A stretch of 64,000 nt of DNA, taken from Octopus vulgaris (Eukaryota). The notes beneath the pieces were generated by a model. The model made no database searches. It was given only the letters and a program-made list of their open reading frames with translations, and had not been told where the DNA came from. Shown in pieces: positions 1-14,447 of this stretch (positions are counted from its first letter, which is position 1; each line of letters starts with the position of its first letter). The DNA is taken from positions 62,248,001-62,312,000 of the forward strand of contig OX597822.1 of NCBI GenBank assembly GCA_951406725.2, in the 5' to 3' direction. The position numbers and the translations under genes were made by a program.

Positions 1-629
1 GCCGTATTTACAAATCCTTCATCAAAACTTCCGACCACCTCCCTTATTACTATTCCAAGTTTTCATCGTAACTTTTCTTCTCTCTTGGATTCAGGCTGGT
101 ATTGATGCACTCATCTTTTATCGGTTATACATTCATTCAGTCGCTTTACTCTTCCTGTACTTTTTCCTGTTTGTACCTCTGCTATTTCTCAGAGGAACTA
201 CTATTTCTAAGTTTCGTGTGAATTTTGAAATTAATAATTAGTATTAGCGGTGTTTTGTAGGTGTTTTTTTAGCCACAAGACAGTTCTGATGGAACATAAC
301 TACTATGATAAAAAAAAAATTGTATGTCCAAAAATTGTACGTCCAAATATGGACATAGCACATCTTAACATAATAGCAACGATTATATATATATTTTCAT
401 TCTTTTTTCTTTTATTCTTTTACTTGATTTAGTAATTTGACTGCAGCCTCGCTGGAGCAATGCCTTTAGTCGAACAGATCGATCCCAGGACTTATTCTAT
501 CGGTCTCTTTTGACGAACAACTAAGTTACGAGGACATAAACACATCAGCATCGGTTGTTAAGCTATGGTGTGGGAGACAAACAAACACACACACACACAC
601 ACACATATACGACGGGTTTTTTTTCAGAG

Positions 630-1000
630 ACAGCTCTTTGATATTTTGATGTCTTTTCTCATTGACTGGGAAGCGTTGCAAAAATCCACTTGCAGATGCT
701 AAATTTCAATATGAGGAGAATCCCAAGCTGATTCCCAAAATTTGGTCTCTCAGGACTTTTGGAAAATCCATAATATTGTATTGAATAATGGTAAATCCAG
801 TATCTCTCTTCTCTGCAACAGTTATGAGGTATCGACTCTTTTTTTTTTTAAGATAAAGCAAAATTTCCTGTTCACTTGTTTTCCAATAGTTGTACATTCG
901 GTTCCTTTGACCTTGTTTTTCCAGTCATTTCTCCTTAGTGTAACGTTTTTTTTTATCTGACTTGCGTATAACTTTTAGATATGTGGTAAATTTCCTCGAA
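630..1000 (-). pseudogene. Possible highly decayed Penelope-like RT N-terminal fragment
   Basis: Across frames YGFPKV..LR.ILG..G.SSY.NLA..KW resembles YGLPKIHK..LRPI; lies next to the inverted terminal repeat at 1058-1242. Confidence 0.3.
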
Positions 1001-1269
1001 GCTTACTCAGCTGCTGGTGCTGAGTACGTTCCTGTTATTGTTTTGTAAACGTTCTCTGAAAGCAACTACTACAATACTACAATGTAAGTAGCAACACTCT
1101 AAAGTAACTGCCTGTTCTTAACAACAATCCGAATAATAACTACATAATATATGATATAACAATTTGAAAAACTTACTTAAAAACATTGATCGAACAGACT
1201 TCCATATCAGTTAATTATCCCTACAGAAAGGAAACCGACACACAAAAAAATGCTTAGTTGAGTCTTTCT

Positions 1270-1880
1270 TCCCAGCTAGCTAGAACTCGGTCAATGTAAT
1301 TCCTGTTTTCAAAAAATTTGGTGAACATTCTGATCTCTCAAACTCCCGTCCAATCAATCTTTTACCGTATAGTTAGCAAGTTCTTTGATCATCGTATTCT
1401 TGTCTTGCACTTTGAATTACTTAGTCTGTTTATTTGACGAGCAGTACGATTCCCTACTTTGAGCTTTACTGATCTTAAATAATTGCGTGTGTGGTGAAGC
1501 AAATTGTTCTTATATCAAAAACATCTGACAGCGTTTGACATGTTGGTCTCCCCGACAAAATTAAGTCATATGGAGCTTTCCTGAATGAATGTAGCAATGA
1601 GGTTATTTTAAATTACCTTTCTTCTACTTACACCATCACATCAAGTATTCCTCAAAGTTCTAATTTTGACCCGATCTTCTAAATGTTTATTAATGATCTT
1701 GCGGCTTATATATCGAAACCTCCCCTCTTTTTCTGAGGATGCTTCTTCGTATTCTTACTTGAATGAAGTTTTAGTTTTCTGATCTCTTGAACATGACCTG
1801 CATTCGGTGACTGACAAGGAATACTCAGTGGTTGGTCACTTTTAACTCTTCAAAAATTAAACTTTCTTCTATAAATTGTA
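1270..1880 (+). mobile_element. Decayed CR1/Jockey-group LINE RT fragment
   Basis: Broken translation VIPVFKK.GEHSDLSNSRPINLLP..SK, ISK..DSV*HVGL, SSIPQSS..PI..MFINDL. Confidence 0.65.
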
Positions 1881-2339
1881 ACAGTAATTATAATTTACTC
1901 AGGCCTTATGTATTTAGGAGTTATTCAGGTCTTGAGCTATTTGAGTTTTGGGATTTTCCTAGAGCATTTCTGATGTATGACAGTAAGAAACGATGGCTGT
2001 TATTGTCTAACTTGTGTATCGCATGGTTTCCTTTGTTTAGGGATAAGTAATTGGTTTGGAAGTCTGTTCGATCAATGTTTATAAGTAAGTTTTCCAAACT
2101 GTTATATCATATATTATGTAGTTATTATTCGGCTTGTTGTTACCAATAGGCAGTTACTTTAGAGTGTTACTACTTACAGTGTAGTATTGTAGTTACTTTT
2201 TATTACTGCTTGTTTTGTGGTATATGTTACAAAACTTATTCAGACAGAATGTATTTAGCACAAAATTATATCTTTCAATGTTTTTCGATATTTCCTTGGT
2301 TTATTTTAGTAATTCTCAACAATTTTCGTGTCCTTTTAG

Positions 2340-2530
2340 TAGTTGTTTAACGCCAGGTCAACTGTCATCGAGCAGATGTATGATCAAAGACACTTATGTC
2401 ATCACCATCCCGTCAATTTAGGAGTAATATTGCTACATTGTTTAACGTCTCTGCTATATAACTGACAAGATTAGAGATTTGGCTGCTATTTCTAGCAAGT
2501 TAAGCAACCATGCTCAGAGTACCTTGGCGG
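2340..2530 (+). repeat. Old dispersed repeat family E (representative copy)
   Basis: Motifs tatgatcaaag..cat, ctacatt, gagatttggctgctatttctagca recur at ~9280-9640, 10200-10300, 17255-17350, 25045, 26895-27415, 30195-30800, 31775, 32660-32850, 58580. Confidence 0.75.
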
Positions 2531-2908
2531 CACGTAGGTTAATTTCCTGTTGAAGAAGGTGGTGGTGGTGTGGCAGACATGTTAAATTTAGTTAAATCTA
2601 TTAGTATATTTTGTGTTCAAATCCCACAGGAGGTGACTTTGCTTTCCATCTCTCTAGGGTCGATAAAATAAGCAGTAGAAGATCTTCAATAGAGTAATGC
2701 TTTTCCCAACAGATTTCATTATTGCCATTATTGTTGTTGCTAGTTTTGGTGCTGTTGTTGATGTTGTTGTTATTGTTAATAGAGTTACTGGTATTGATTA
2801 TGGAAATTTTAGATACTGATTTCCATGTTATTGTTAATATTAAGAACTTATTGAAGATTATTATCATCATCATCGTCATCGTCACCATGATCATGATCAT
2901 GATCATGA

Positions 2909-2970
<62 letters not shown>

Positions 2971-3082
2971 GAGACGGCGAGCAGGCAGAATCGTTAGTAC
3001 ACCGGGCAAATAGCTTAGTCACATTTCTTTCGTCATTACGTTCCCTAGCTCAAATCGCCGAAGCCGACTTTGCTTTTCATTC

Positions 3083-4400
3083 CAGTTAAGCACATTGAAG
3101 CTATAAAGAACAACTGGTACTGCTAAGGAATTTATGGCTAACACCTTATTATATGCATTCAGCTCAGATTTCAGGACTGCTCGAACTCTTCTATAATATT
3201 CCTTCCTAACCTTCTCTTTCATGCTTGCATGCTGGATACCAGAGCCTTCATTTATTCCTAGGTATTTATAGGTTTGTCCCTGCTCAAGTTCCTTTATTAC
3301 TGTTTCGACATCTAATTCGATTGAACTTGACTGTACCAATTTCCCTTTCTTAAAAGTGGTTTTGGTACACTTTTTAAGGCCAAACCCCATCCAGATATCA
3401 TCACTGAATCCTTTCACAGTATGTAGTAGTCCTTCAAGATCTTCATCATCTTTGCCATATAGTTTTAAATCATCCATATAAAATAGATGGCTTATTTACT
3501 TGTTGTCAATTTTGTAGTCATATCCTGTTCTATTCAGTTCACTTGAGAGTGGTATTAGTACTATGCAGAAAATTAGTGGCGAAAGTGAGTCACCTTGGAA
3601 AATGCCACAGTTTATGCTAATATTGTTTGAGCGCAATACTCCATTAGAATGGTATAATTGGAGCTTCGTGTTCCATAGTGACATATTATACTTTAAAAAA
3701 TCTGAAATCACAGGAGAAATTTTGAAAATGTCCAGCGAATGTGGTATGCTGTCAAAGGCTTTTTTATAATCAAACCATGAAGAGCTGAGCTTTCTGCGCT
3801 TGTTATAGCAGTTCTCAAGGATCATGCGATTAATTAAGAGCTGATCTTTGCATCCGTATGAGCCTCGTCTGCATCCTTTTTGTTCAGTGGGAAAGAGGTT
3901 ATTCTCTTCCATAAACGTATATGTTTTCTCTACTAGAATAGATGTCAAAATCTTATAGGTAGCAGATAAATATGTTATAGGCCGGTAGTTTTTTGGGTCT
4001 TTCGTTTCGTTATTTTTGGGGAGGAGGTAAGTAACACCATTTGCCATCCAATGGGACAGTTTTTTTCCAGGTTTCCATAATACTATTAAATAGTATTACT
4101 AACATTTTGTGTGCGGACGAGAGTGATGAGAGCCAGAAAGTTGGTACTCTATCAATACCAGGGAATTTCCACTTATGAGCCTTCGTTAGTGCCCTCTTTA
4201 GGTCGGCGATTGAGATGTCTTCCCATACCTGTTCTTGTAGATTTTTGTAGGCATCTTGGGTGCGTTTGATCCAGTCTGCATTTTCATTGTATGGTTTCTC
4301 ATCACTCCAGCTCCCTTTCCAAAAGTTTTCAACTTCTTCCATTAGGGGTGGATTTTCAATGGTTATTTTTTCTTTCCCTATTTCCCTGTAACAGCTGTTA
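3083..4400 (-). mobile_element. R4/Dong-clade non-LTR retrotransposon, internal RT fragment
   Basis: PKNYRPIT, EQKGCRRGSYGCKDQLLIN, DYKKAFDSIPH, GIFQGDSLSPL, YMDDLKLY, YKYLGI, KEYYRRVRAVLKSELN; frameshifts and stops. Confidence 0.9.
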
Positions 4401-4965
4401 GTTGCTGAGTTTTCTATATTATACACTTACACAAAGTATTATAAAAATAATTACTTAAATAAATATAAACCAGCAGCAGCTGTCTGTCGGCACGTCATCA
4501 AGTGAATATCTTTGACAGCTCTGCTGGATCACTTTCAGTTTCCCATCGTTCTTTTCCCCATTGTGTTTTTAGCATTCTCTCTGTACTGAGTAACTTATTC
4601 ATCCAAATAGGCAAAAGTCTTGAAAGTACCAACTAAAGTAATTGTAATAAAATATTCAAAGTATAAATTGCAAGACAAATAGACCAAAATTAGTTAATGG
4701 AAATAAAATTCAAATGAATAAAATAAATCAAACCTAAAATTCTGTCTTTTTTCATTTCTTTTACTCTATCGCAAGCATGTCCCCCATTTTTTTTTCATGA
4801 AGATGTATAAATACTCTGATATATCATGATATACACTAGAAGTAATTGTTTTCTCTTTTTTCTTCAAAGACTCGTGGTCATCCTATTATCCCAGCAGGAT
4901 GCCAACCTGTCTGCTAATCCACTCATAAAACCTAATTTCAGTTGTCCAGGAATTAATACATGCAG

Positions 4966-5001
<36 letters not shown>

Positions 5002-5131
5002 GAAAGAATGGAGTTGAACGACGATTTAACAAAATTCCTTTATTCTCGACATATGTTTCGAAGGCTGCATATTCCTACTACCCAGGTATCGGTTAACCGA
5101 ATTATCCATACTAAGATAATTCATTCAACTA

Positions 5132-5213
<82 letters not shown>

Positions 5214-6157
5214 CATACATACATACATACATACATACATACATGGATACAAACACACACACACATATATACAAACACACACATACATATATATATATGT
5301 TTTTTACACACACAAGCACAGACACTCACACGCATACATATACATTTATATGTATGTGTGCGCATATAAATGTATATATATATACCTATATATAAGTACG
5401 TACAGACACGTATGGAAGTATTTGCTATCCGGAACTACTATATAGTGTACGCGATTTCTAGGTAAACAAGTGGAGACATATAAAGATAACATGTAAACGG
5501 TACAACTCAAATAATAAAAACATTAATTAAGTACCCAGTTGTATCCTATACCAAATACAAAATATAAAATAAGATCTCACAAACATGATCACTAGGAGAT
5601 TGAATGAAAAGAAAGAAGGGAAAATTAAAATATAAAAGAAATGTGTAAGAGGAGTAGAAGGACCAAAGCAGCAAAGCATTAGCAGAAAGAACAGATAGAA
5701 ATTTTTATGAAGGGAAAAAGACTTACAAGTAAAGAGGGTGTACGGGATAGAAACGAATATTGTGCAGTTTTGCGTTTATTGTTCCAACGTGGGGAACTGG
5801 AAAATAAGAAAGCCAAATAAAATCATTAATAAATTTATTCATCGATAAATCATTCAAAATATCCATCCATCCATCCATCCATCCATTCATCCATCCATTC
5901 ATCCACGTAAAAATAATGTAAAGAAAGAGGAGGTATAAGTTGTATATATTTATTTCACTAGTTGACATCCATATAATGACAATCATTTCGCGGCCTTTTA
6001 TAATATAAAAATAACTTATCTTAGTGTAAATAAAAAAAATTATAAATTATTTTCCACGCCTGTATTAATGTAGACAATACATTTGTAGCCTGATCCATTA
6101 AAGGAGCTTTTTATGAGAGTGCATTAAATTCGTATATGTGTTTGTGTGTGTGTGTGT

Positions 6158-6193
<36 letters not shown>

Positions 6194-6236
6194 CTGTTTG
6201 TGTGTATGTGTGTGTGTTTGTGCGTATACTGTATAC

Positions 6237-6275
<39 letters not shown>

Positions 6276-6342
6276 ACCGCGTGTGTACCGTTGGCGATTT
6301 TTTTCCTCCGTTTTCCCTTCTTTGGATCTTTCCTTTTCCTAT

Positions 6343-6377
6343 GTTTCTGACGAAGAGTTCCGCTCGAAACGTTAAAC
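6343..6377 (+). ncRNA. Minimal type I hammerhead ribozyme in a solo Penelope 3' terminus (6276-6480)
   Basis: gttt-CTGACGA-a-gagt-tcc-gctc-GAAA-cg-TT-aaac; downstream ttcctgagcg..aata similar to the 42.7 kb terminus; followed by (TA)n. Confidence 0.82.
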
Positions 6378-6474
6378 CCTCCTTCTTTCCTTCTTTCCTG
6401 AGCGTCCAATAATACTATACTTGTTCCACGTCCTCGCGTTGTTGTGATTTCTCTTTGTGTTTTCATTTTTGGAT

Positions 6475-6510
<36 letters not shown>

Positions 6511-6517
6511 TATATAC

Positions 6518-7242
6518 ATTGGGTCATCCTATAAATAATGCAGTTTTTCAAATGCATGAACTAAAAGCCGGAGGGGTACGGGATAAACTACCTACATCAC
6601 CTTGCTATAAAAGCAGGTAGTAATTTTACCTTGTACTCATTCTTAGTGCAAATTTTGAAGAGTGAAGTTCGATTTTAGCAGTTGTGTTTTTCAAAGCTAT
6701 GATAGAAGTAACAAAGAAGCATATTCGGCATATTTTGCTTTATGAGTTCAGTAAAGGCAACAACGCAACGGAAAATGTGAGGAATATTAATGCAGTATAT
6801 GGGGATTGGACAGTAAGCATAAACCAGTGTCAACCGTGGTTCCAGAAATTCCGAGCCGGAAATTACAGCCTAGAAGATGAGCCTCGTCCTGAAGACGAGC
6901 TCGACGAGGACATCCTGCAAACCCTGGTGGAACAAAATTCCATTGCAACTGTTGAGGAACTAGCAAAGAAGCTTGGATTTGGTCATTCAACCATTCATCG
7001 ACACCTGCGGGCAATCGGAAAAGTCAGCAAATTGGGTCAATGGGTTCCTCATAGACTTTCCGAGTTTAATCGTGCGCAGAGAGTGAATGTGTGCTCTTTT
7101 TTGCTGTCACGTCTCACGAACGAACCGAATAGTGATTGGTGACGGGAAAGAGGTTCTCTATAAAAATGTCAAGTGCCGACGGCAGTGGGTAGGGAAAGGA
7201 GATACACCAGCACCCCAGGCTAAAGAAGGTCTTCACCCACGT
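6518..7242 (+). mobile_element. mariner transposon, 5' half (left TIR + transposase N-terminus)
   Basis: ttgggtcatcctataaataatgc TIR; [45 protein letters not shown] (decayed TGDEKW), GLHPR. Confidence 0.9.
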
Positions 7243-7418
7243 ATATATATACATACTTTGTATTTCATACTTTCGGATGATGCAATAAGTACCAGTCAAG
7301 GACTGGGTCAATGTAATCGACTTACCCCAACCCCGAAGTTGACGAATATATAGATATAGATATATATATGCATACATACATACATACATACATACATACA
7401 TACACACATACATAATAT

Positions 7419-7471
<53 letters not shown>

Positions 7472-7514
7472 CATAATATGTATGTATGTGTGTGTTCATG
7501 TGCATATGTATCTC

Positions 7515-7731
7515 CGAGGGTGTGCCGAAAAGTTCCTGGCTTTAAGGGTGTCGGGAAAGGCCTGGTTGGTGGCCCAAACTTCCGACTTCTCTCACACGGC
7601 TTCGAAAAACTGAAGGACCGCTGCAGTAAGTGTGTGAATGTGAGAGGGGAATATGTTGAATAAAATCATAATAAACTGACCCTCCTGGATTTTCTTTTAG
7701 CTAAAGCCACGAACTTTTCAGTACTCCCTCG
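7515..7731 (+). mobile_element. mariner-derived MITE (~217 bp)
   Basis: TIRs cgagggtgtgccgaaaagttcctggcttta / taaagccacgaacttttcagtactccctcg; internal transposase C-terminus [21 protein letters not shown]. Confidence 0.85.
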
Positions 7732-10700
7732 TATATATCTCTATCTATGTATCTACCTACGCACACTCTCACACACACATACTCACACATACATACATAC
7801 ATACATACATACATACATACATACATACATACATACATACATGCATACATACATACATACATACATACATACATACATACATACATACATACATACATAC
7901 ATACATACATACATACATACATAAATACATACATAAATTCACATGCAGAAAATTTGGTCGAAAGCAATCTAATTGCTTTTTTGCTATGCAATTATAACCC
8001 ATTCACTGCTCCGTTTTTTTTTCTGCTTTAATACGTTCGTAAAAATAAAGCTAGAATTCTGGGGGTTGAAAAGGAAGAGGGAAGAACAACTCGGAATGTA
8101 AATTTTGGCATTTCTGTGTCTTAGGAAGTCATAATTCAAATACCTAGATATCTGTATCAGTGCCAATTTAACACATATCATAATGAAAATCAGTATTTGC
8201 TATGAGATATATTGGTAGGTAGCCATATTCATAAGCACATTTTGCCAAAACATAGCAAACAGACGAACAAAAGGGCCTCTATGAGTTCATGTAGCTGGCA
8301 AGAAATAGCAGCTGAAACTCGCCTCAAATCGCGCGTCAACGTCTTGTCAATAATATACGTTAACAATATACTTCTAGATAATTTGTCTAGGAAAAAGAAA
8401 ACAAATGGGATGGTCAGGTTTGGAATACCTTCGGTTATAGGTCTAACCCTGTAATATTTAGTCATTTTTGTGCAAGTCGATATACAATATATATATATGT
8501 GTGTATGTGTGTGTGTGTGTGTGTGTGTGCGTGTGCGTGTGCGTGTGCGTGTGCGCGCGTGTGTATGATGGCTATCAACTCGTAGACGAGAATGACCATC
8601 ACCAACAAAGCAATGTATGTGCAAAACACCTCATAGAAACTTTCACCCTATTGACACGATCCAGAAACAAGCCGAAGCAAGATATTTAGTGCCAATATGG
8701 ATCGCAGTCTCAGGAATGTGGGGGTGCCATGACCTCAAGTGGACGCAAAAAGATTCCCTAAAATATCCAATGCCATTCCCTGCATATCCGGTCTTATATG
8801 AAACTGAACTCCTCGAGACATGTTTTAACAAAAGCTGAGTAGTCCCTCACTCCTAATGGTCTTCTATCACGTCCGACACCAATCCTGAATTCCTCAGCGC
8901 CCGTATAATTGCTAGATTGTCGATGAACTGATAATGGGTTCGTTTGTCCTTATGATAGGTCTTGTTTTCAGCCCTGGTTGGTTTCTAGCAACCCAAGTCA
9001 TTAGGCCTGCTTTTTGAAGATACCGGTTTAGTTGCCGACGACCCGACCATGCAACAGGTCTATATTACCAGTAGCATTCATGAGGGACCTCACGAGTGAC
9101 CTGGCATAATAAAATCGCGCACGCACACACATACACACACATTTAAAGGAGGATTAATCAAAACTATTGCGAGTTTTATTTATTACGTCCCATTCTAAAA
9201 TATGGCTACGCTCCACCTTGAGAAACTCTATTCTAACCAATCATGGCAGAATTGTATTTAACGATAATTAAAAATACCAAAAATAGGGAACCGAGTTGCA
9301 GTCACTTCATTTCTTAAAAACAGCAACCTTCAAATTACACAAAAGACTGTCTGATTATTGGATAATTGGTCCTTATGTCTGAACAAGAAGAGTTGGATAG
9401 TCACGACTAATATGCCGAAATGCATCTAGTATAAAGCAATGATGGAACTGATATTCCATTTGCTATAAATAACAGATTAATCGCTCTCAAATCTCATGCT
9501 ACCGTCTTAAAAAGGATGGACTACATTATTGGATAATGTAGTTAGTCCTTCGTGTCTAGTGCAAAGGAAATGGACGCAAAAAATACGTCTTTGACGTTAG
9601 ATCTGTTCACCAAGATATGACATGGGGATAAACAACATCAACAGCATCAATAGCAATAACAACTATCATGACATAAGCAACAGACTGTTTTTCAAAAGCT
9701 AGAGATCCACTTTGTATTTTCAGCTGGGGCTATTTGCTTACTATGGAATTTCATTGGAGTACTGCCTACACACACCAACATCTAATACCACAAAAGTAGT
9801 TAATCTGCCTAGAAGGATTTAATCGAACAAATCGACCCCACCACTAAGTTTTTCAAAGTCTGGTATATTATTTTATTAGTCACTTTTGCCGAAATCAACA
9901 CTGGTTGTCCAGCGGTGGGGAGACAAACACTAACACAGACACATACACATACATGCATATAAGGCGGGTTTTGAACTCAGAACGAAACGAACAAGAATAA
10001 ATAAATACACAAGGCATCATGTCCGACATTGATAAAATTTCGTCAGGCCACCGCTCGGGACTGCTACCTTTTTCTTGATCAAGAAAAGTTGACCATGGCG
10101 GTATTTGAACTCAGAACGCTGAATGCCAAAACATATACTGTTAAGTATATTCTCTGACTCTCTAACAACTCTGCCAATCAACCACGTTGTAGACCCTAGC
10201 TTCGTCTTCACTTGGCCTGCTTAAAATAGTTGCCAGTTATCCCTCTGAGTCCATCCTACAATCTTTCATCGGATCAAATTGGATACTATAGCCCTGGGTC
10301 ACCAGGGCTATAGGAAAAAGATAGCATGAACACTGTGGAATTGTTTATAAAAATTATAACGACAACGACGAAGATGTCGACGACAATAACCACCACCATG
10401 GTCAATAACAACAGCAACAACAACAATACACAGGTACGATGTTTTCTTTGTGGCTTCTATTCGTAGTATAGTAGTGTCTAGTCATGTATTAGTTTAACAT
10501 CCAGCATATCCACTCAGATCATCTGCTTTTCTTCATATATCTTACTGCAATATTTATCACTCTCATTTTGTATCAACCATAAAATTCTGCACCAAAAATC
10601 CTTTCCATTCCTTCCGCTTCCGAAATGTTAGCATTTGGGACACCGTCTCTGCTCACGTTTTCCCCATCAACATCAAATCTCCAGAAATTTGAGCCGAACA

Positions 10701-10807
10701 TTAATTGAATCAATGTCACCAGTACAGGGAGTCATGCAAAGGTCATGGTCGATTGATCTTATTTCTTATTCTCTTTTCGTATATCCCAGTCTTTGTCTCT
10801 CTCTCTG

Positions 10808-10881
<74 letters not shown>

Positions 10882-10886
10882 CCTAC

Positions 10887-10958
<72 letters not shown>

Positions 10959-11311
10959 ATCTGTCGTTCTGTCCTGTCTGTCTGACCTGTTTGTCTGTAT
11001 GTATGTCTGTATGTATGTATGCATGTGTGTATATCTGCTTGATTATCGTGTATCAAATTCAAAGCCACAGATGACTGAACTAACAAAATAACAGAAAACT
11101 AATCAAAGCATTGATGGTTCAAATCTTTTCATGGACGCTTCAACGTCTTCAAAGATTTGTACCTATTTTGTGGTAATTATTAAGCTGTAAATACTTTGCG
11201 GCATAATTCATCGATGTAGGAATACGAACTCGACGAGTATTTCATTAGCTTAGAAGCTTGTAGTGTCGAGTTCAAACTTTCCTGATGTCTGAGGTTTAGA
11301 ATGATAGTCTT

Positions 11312-11717
11312 TTTATTTCTTTATTGCCCACAAGGGGCTAAACATAGATGGGACAAACAAAGACAGACAAAAGGATTAAGTACCAGTGCGTAACTGGTAC
11401 TTAATTTATCGACTCCAAAAGGATGAAAGGCAAAGTCAACCTCAGAGGAATTTGAACTCAGAACGTAACGGCAGACGAAATACCTGTTTCTTTACTATCC
11501 ACAAGGGGCTAAACACAGAGAAGACAAACAAGGACAGACAAACGGATTAAGTTGATTATATAGACCCCAGTGCGTAACTGGTACTTATTTAATCGACCCC
11601 GAAAGGATGAAAGGCAAAGTCGACCTCGGTGGAATAAGAACTCAGAACGTAGCAGCAGACGAAATACAGCTAAGCATTTCGCCCGGTGTGCTAACGTTTC
11701 TGCCAGCTCACCGCCTT
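11312..11717 (-). mobile_element. SINE family B, dimeric, 10-bp TSD tgatagtctt
   Basis: Head ggcggtgagctggcagaaacgttagc; central gactttgcctttcatcctttcggggtcga domain (MetaSINE-like, from memory) present twice. Confidence 0.88.
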
Positions 11718-12675
11718 TGATAGTCTTCTGTCTAGCCGATTTAACAGGAACATGAATTATTTAGCAGAATCCTTACAATATATGGGAGTACAGAAGTCAT
11801 TTTTAATGTGTCACATCTATTTTAAAGGTTTGTGGACTAAGTGCTTTAGGCATATAAAGCTCTTGAGAAAAGCCTAAAACATTACTCTTCATTATCATAA
11901 GATTACATAAACTTGCTGGTTGAAGGAATACCCTCATAGACCTGGTGCTCATACCACGATTCAAAAAACGATTACACTGGAATAGTTTCAAGTAAATATC
12001 CCTTACTATTGAACTAACCACTGTTATAGAAAGAAACACTTCTTTTACAGTGTTAAAGCACTAGTTAAAAAAATTTTTCACGAGCGCAGGAAGAAACATG
12101 TTTACTTGAAGGAAGCCGCCAGCGAAAGGAAGTTCGTCGACCCGGCTGTGAGAAAGATGAGGAGGAGTGAAAACATTTTGTCCTCGTCTAGGCTTATAGG
12201 CCCTCATTATTTGTTTTCCTGTCCTGTTCCTATTCCTTCTTGTACTGTATTTTTTGTAATTGTATTTTTATTTTGTATTTGTTTTTAATTGTATTGTTTT
12301 TACGTCCTGTTTTTGTCACATTTTTTTCCTTGTTTTTACCCCTCTGCAAAGGAATTTTATTTAATTCTTTCGCAGGAAGGACTAGTTCGACGAGACGTGT
12401 TCTGTCCTCACCTTCGAAACACGCTGGAGTTGAGCTAGGGACAGCTGATGAAGGGGATTTTTCCTTGTGTAGTTGTCTTGTACTCTGTTTTTTCGTTCTT
12501 AAAAAAATGGTCCATTCCATGCTGTTTTTACTTTTTCGTTTCTCGTTGAGTTCTACGTCTATTTGTAGTGTCCTGTACACACGTATATATATTTATATAT
12601 GCATGTATATATACATGTAGATGTAGGTAGTACATATATGTTTGTATGTATGCATATATTTTATGTATTACACTA

Positions 12676-12745
<70 letters not shown>

Positions 12746-12865
12746 TAAATTAGAGACAAAACCACTATTAGGCAAATCAAACAATGAAAAACTTAAGCCA
12801 ATACATATGATTAATTTATATTATTTAAATATGTAACAAAATTATTAAAAAAATATAATTAATAT

Positions 12866-12929
12866 CACACTACGATCGTTTCATGCCTGCTGTCTTCAAA
12901 TTTTTGAGTCGCAGTCATTCATCAGGTGG
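12866..12929 (-). ncRNA. Type I hammerhead ribozyme with canonical core and long stem II
   Basis: Reverse complement: cac-CTGATGA-atg.ctgc..tcaaa/tttga..gcag.cat-GAAA-cgatcg-TA-gtg; stem III is the ACGATCGT palindrome. Confidence 0.85.
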
Positions 12930-13459
12930 TTTAAATATCTAAAATATAATCAATATTTTTAAGATATAAATAATATATATAATATAATAATTTTACTTAT
13001 AATAAACTCTATTATTAAATATGATTATATCGAAATCGACTATAATGTTAAATATTAACTTTAATTTATAAGGTAGAAAACCCATATTCTAATATCAATA
13101 TTAGTCTATATCTAATTACATAAATATTTAAAATGACTAATATATATAAATTATCAATGAAAATATATATAAATATTATAATCAAGATCTAAAATAATCT
13201 CTCTCTATATATATAAGATTCAGTTGAATTAGGTACTTTTATTGAGGCATCTTGCTAGTTTGGTATAGTCTGCACACCTAAACAACATAATTTGAATATT
13301 GAATAGCAAGACTTCGTGTAAGGATATTTGTACACAATAAAAGATTATGTAATGGCCATTCTTTATACTTTGTCGTTTATGTGTGTGTGTGCGCGCGTGT
13401 GTGTGCGCGCGTGTGTGTATGTAGATAGTTAGATAGATAGATAGGTATGTAGGTAGGTT

Positions 13460-13548
<89 letters not shown>

Positions 13549-14300
13549 ATGGACAGGCAGACAGGAATGTCGTGTGTACAGAAAACGCAACCCAGCTAAG
13601 TAAAGATATCTGCTCGAAGTAATTCAAACATGTACTTTTTATAAAGGTACTTTCTGTAGTATTTCTGGAGTGCAGATTCCAAGTGCAGATTCCAACAGAA
13701 TATAAATAAGTAACAAAGATATGCAGGTGTCAATTCATTACGGCCGTTTCGAGCGGCACTATTTAATTGATTAATGAAAACATTACATCAATTTTAAAGA
13801 AAGTTCCTTTGAAATTAATGTAATGTTTTCATTAATCAATTAAACGGATCCGCTTGAAACGGCTGTAATGAACTGATATCCGTTACTGATATATATATAT
13901 ATCGTCGTCATATATCGTAGGCTTTTTGCATCACGTTGATGACACAGCAACGAAAGTTTTCCAGTTTGGCAGTTCTCCCATTGGCTGAAACTATAGAGGT
14001 ACTTCGGTTTAACTTTCTCAAAATGTTTTCTTGACAAATATATTCAGGTACTTTGCCATTGCTTTCCAGAACTCGATGGCCGTTGATCCACAAACAGATC
14101 ACCCGTCCTTCGACAGGTCTTGTTTTTATGTCTTAATCGGTGTCCACATACCCTACCCACAAGAGTAGCAAGTTATTCAAGTGGGGAAGACAGTTCAGTC
14201 GCCGATCCCTTGGCCATGGATAGGTAGTACTGTTTTACATGATACCGGTAGTAGGTAGTAGTTATCATCAGTTTGTGATGAGATCCCTGACCTGACTATG

Positions 14301-14447
<147 letters not shown>

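Noticed and set aside
8570-9110. GC-richer block resembling a LINE 5' region (similar unexplained blocks at 11760-12590, 13900-14290, 14740-15050)
   Set aside because: No diagnostic protein or terminal motif recognised; left unannotated
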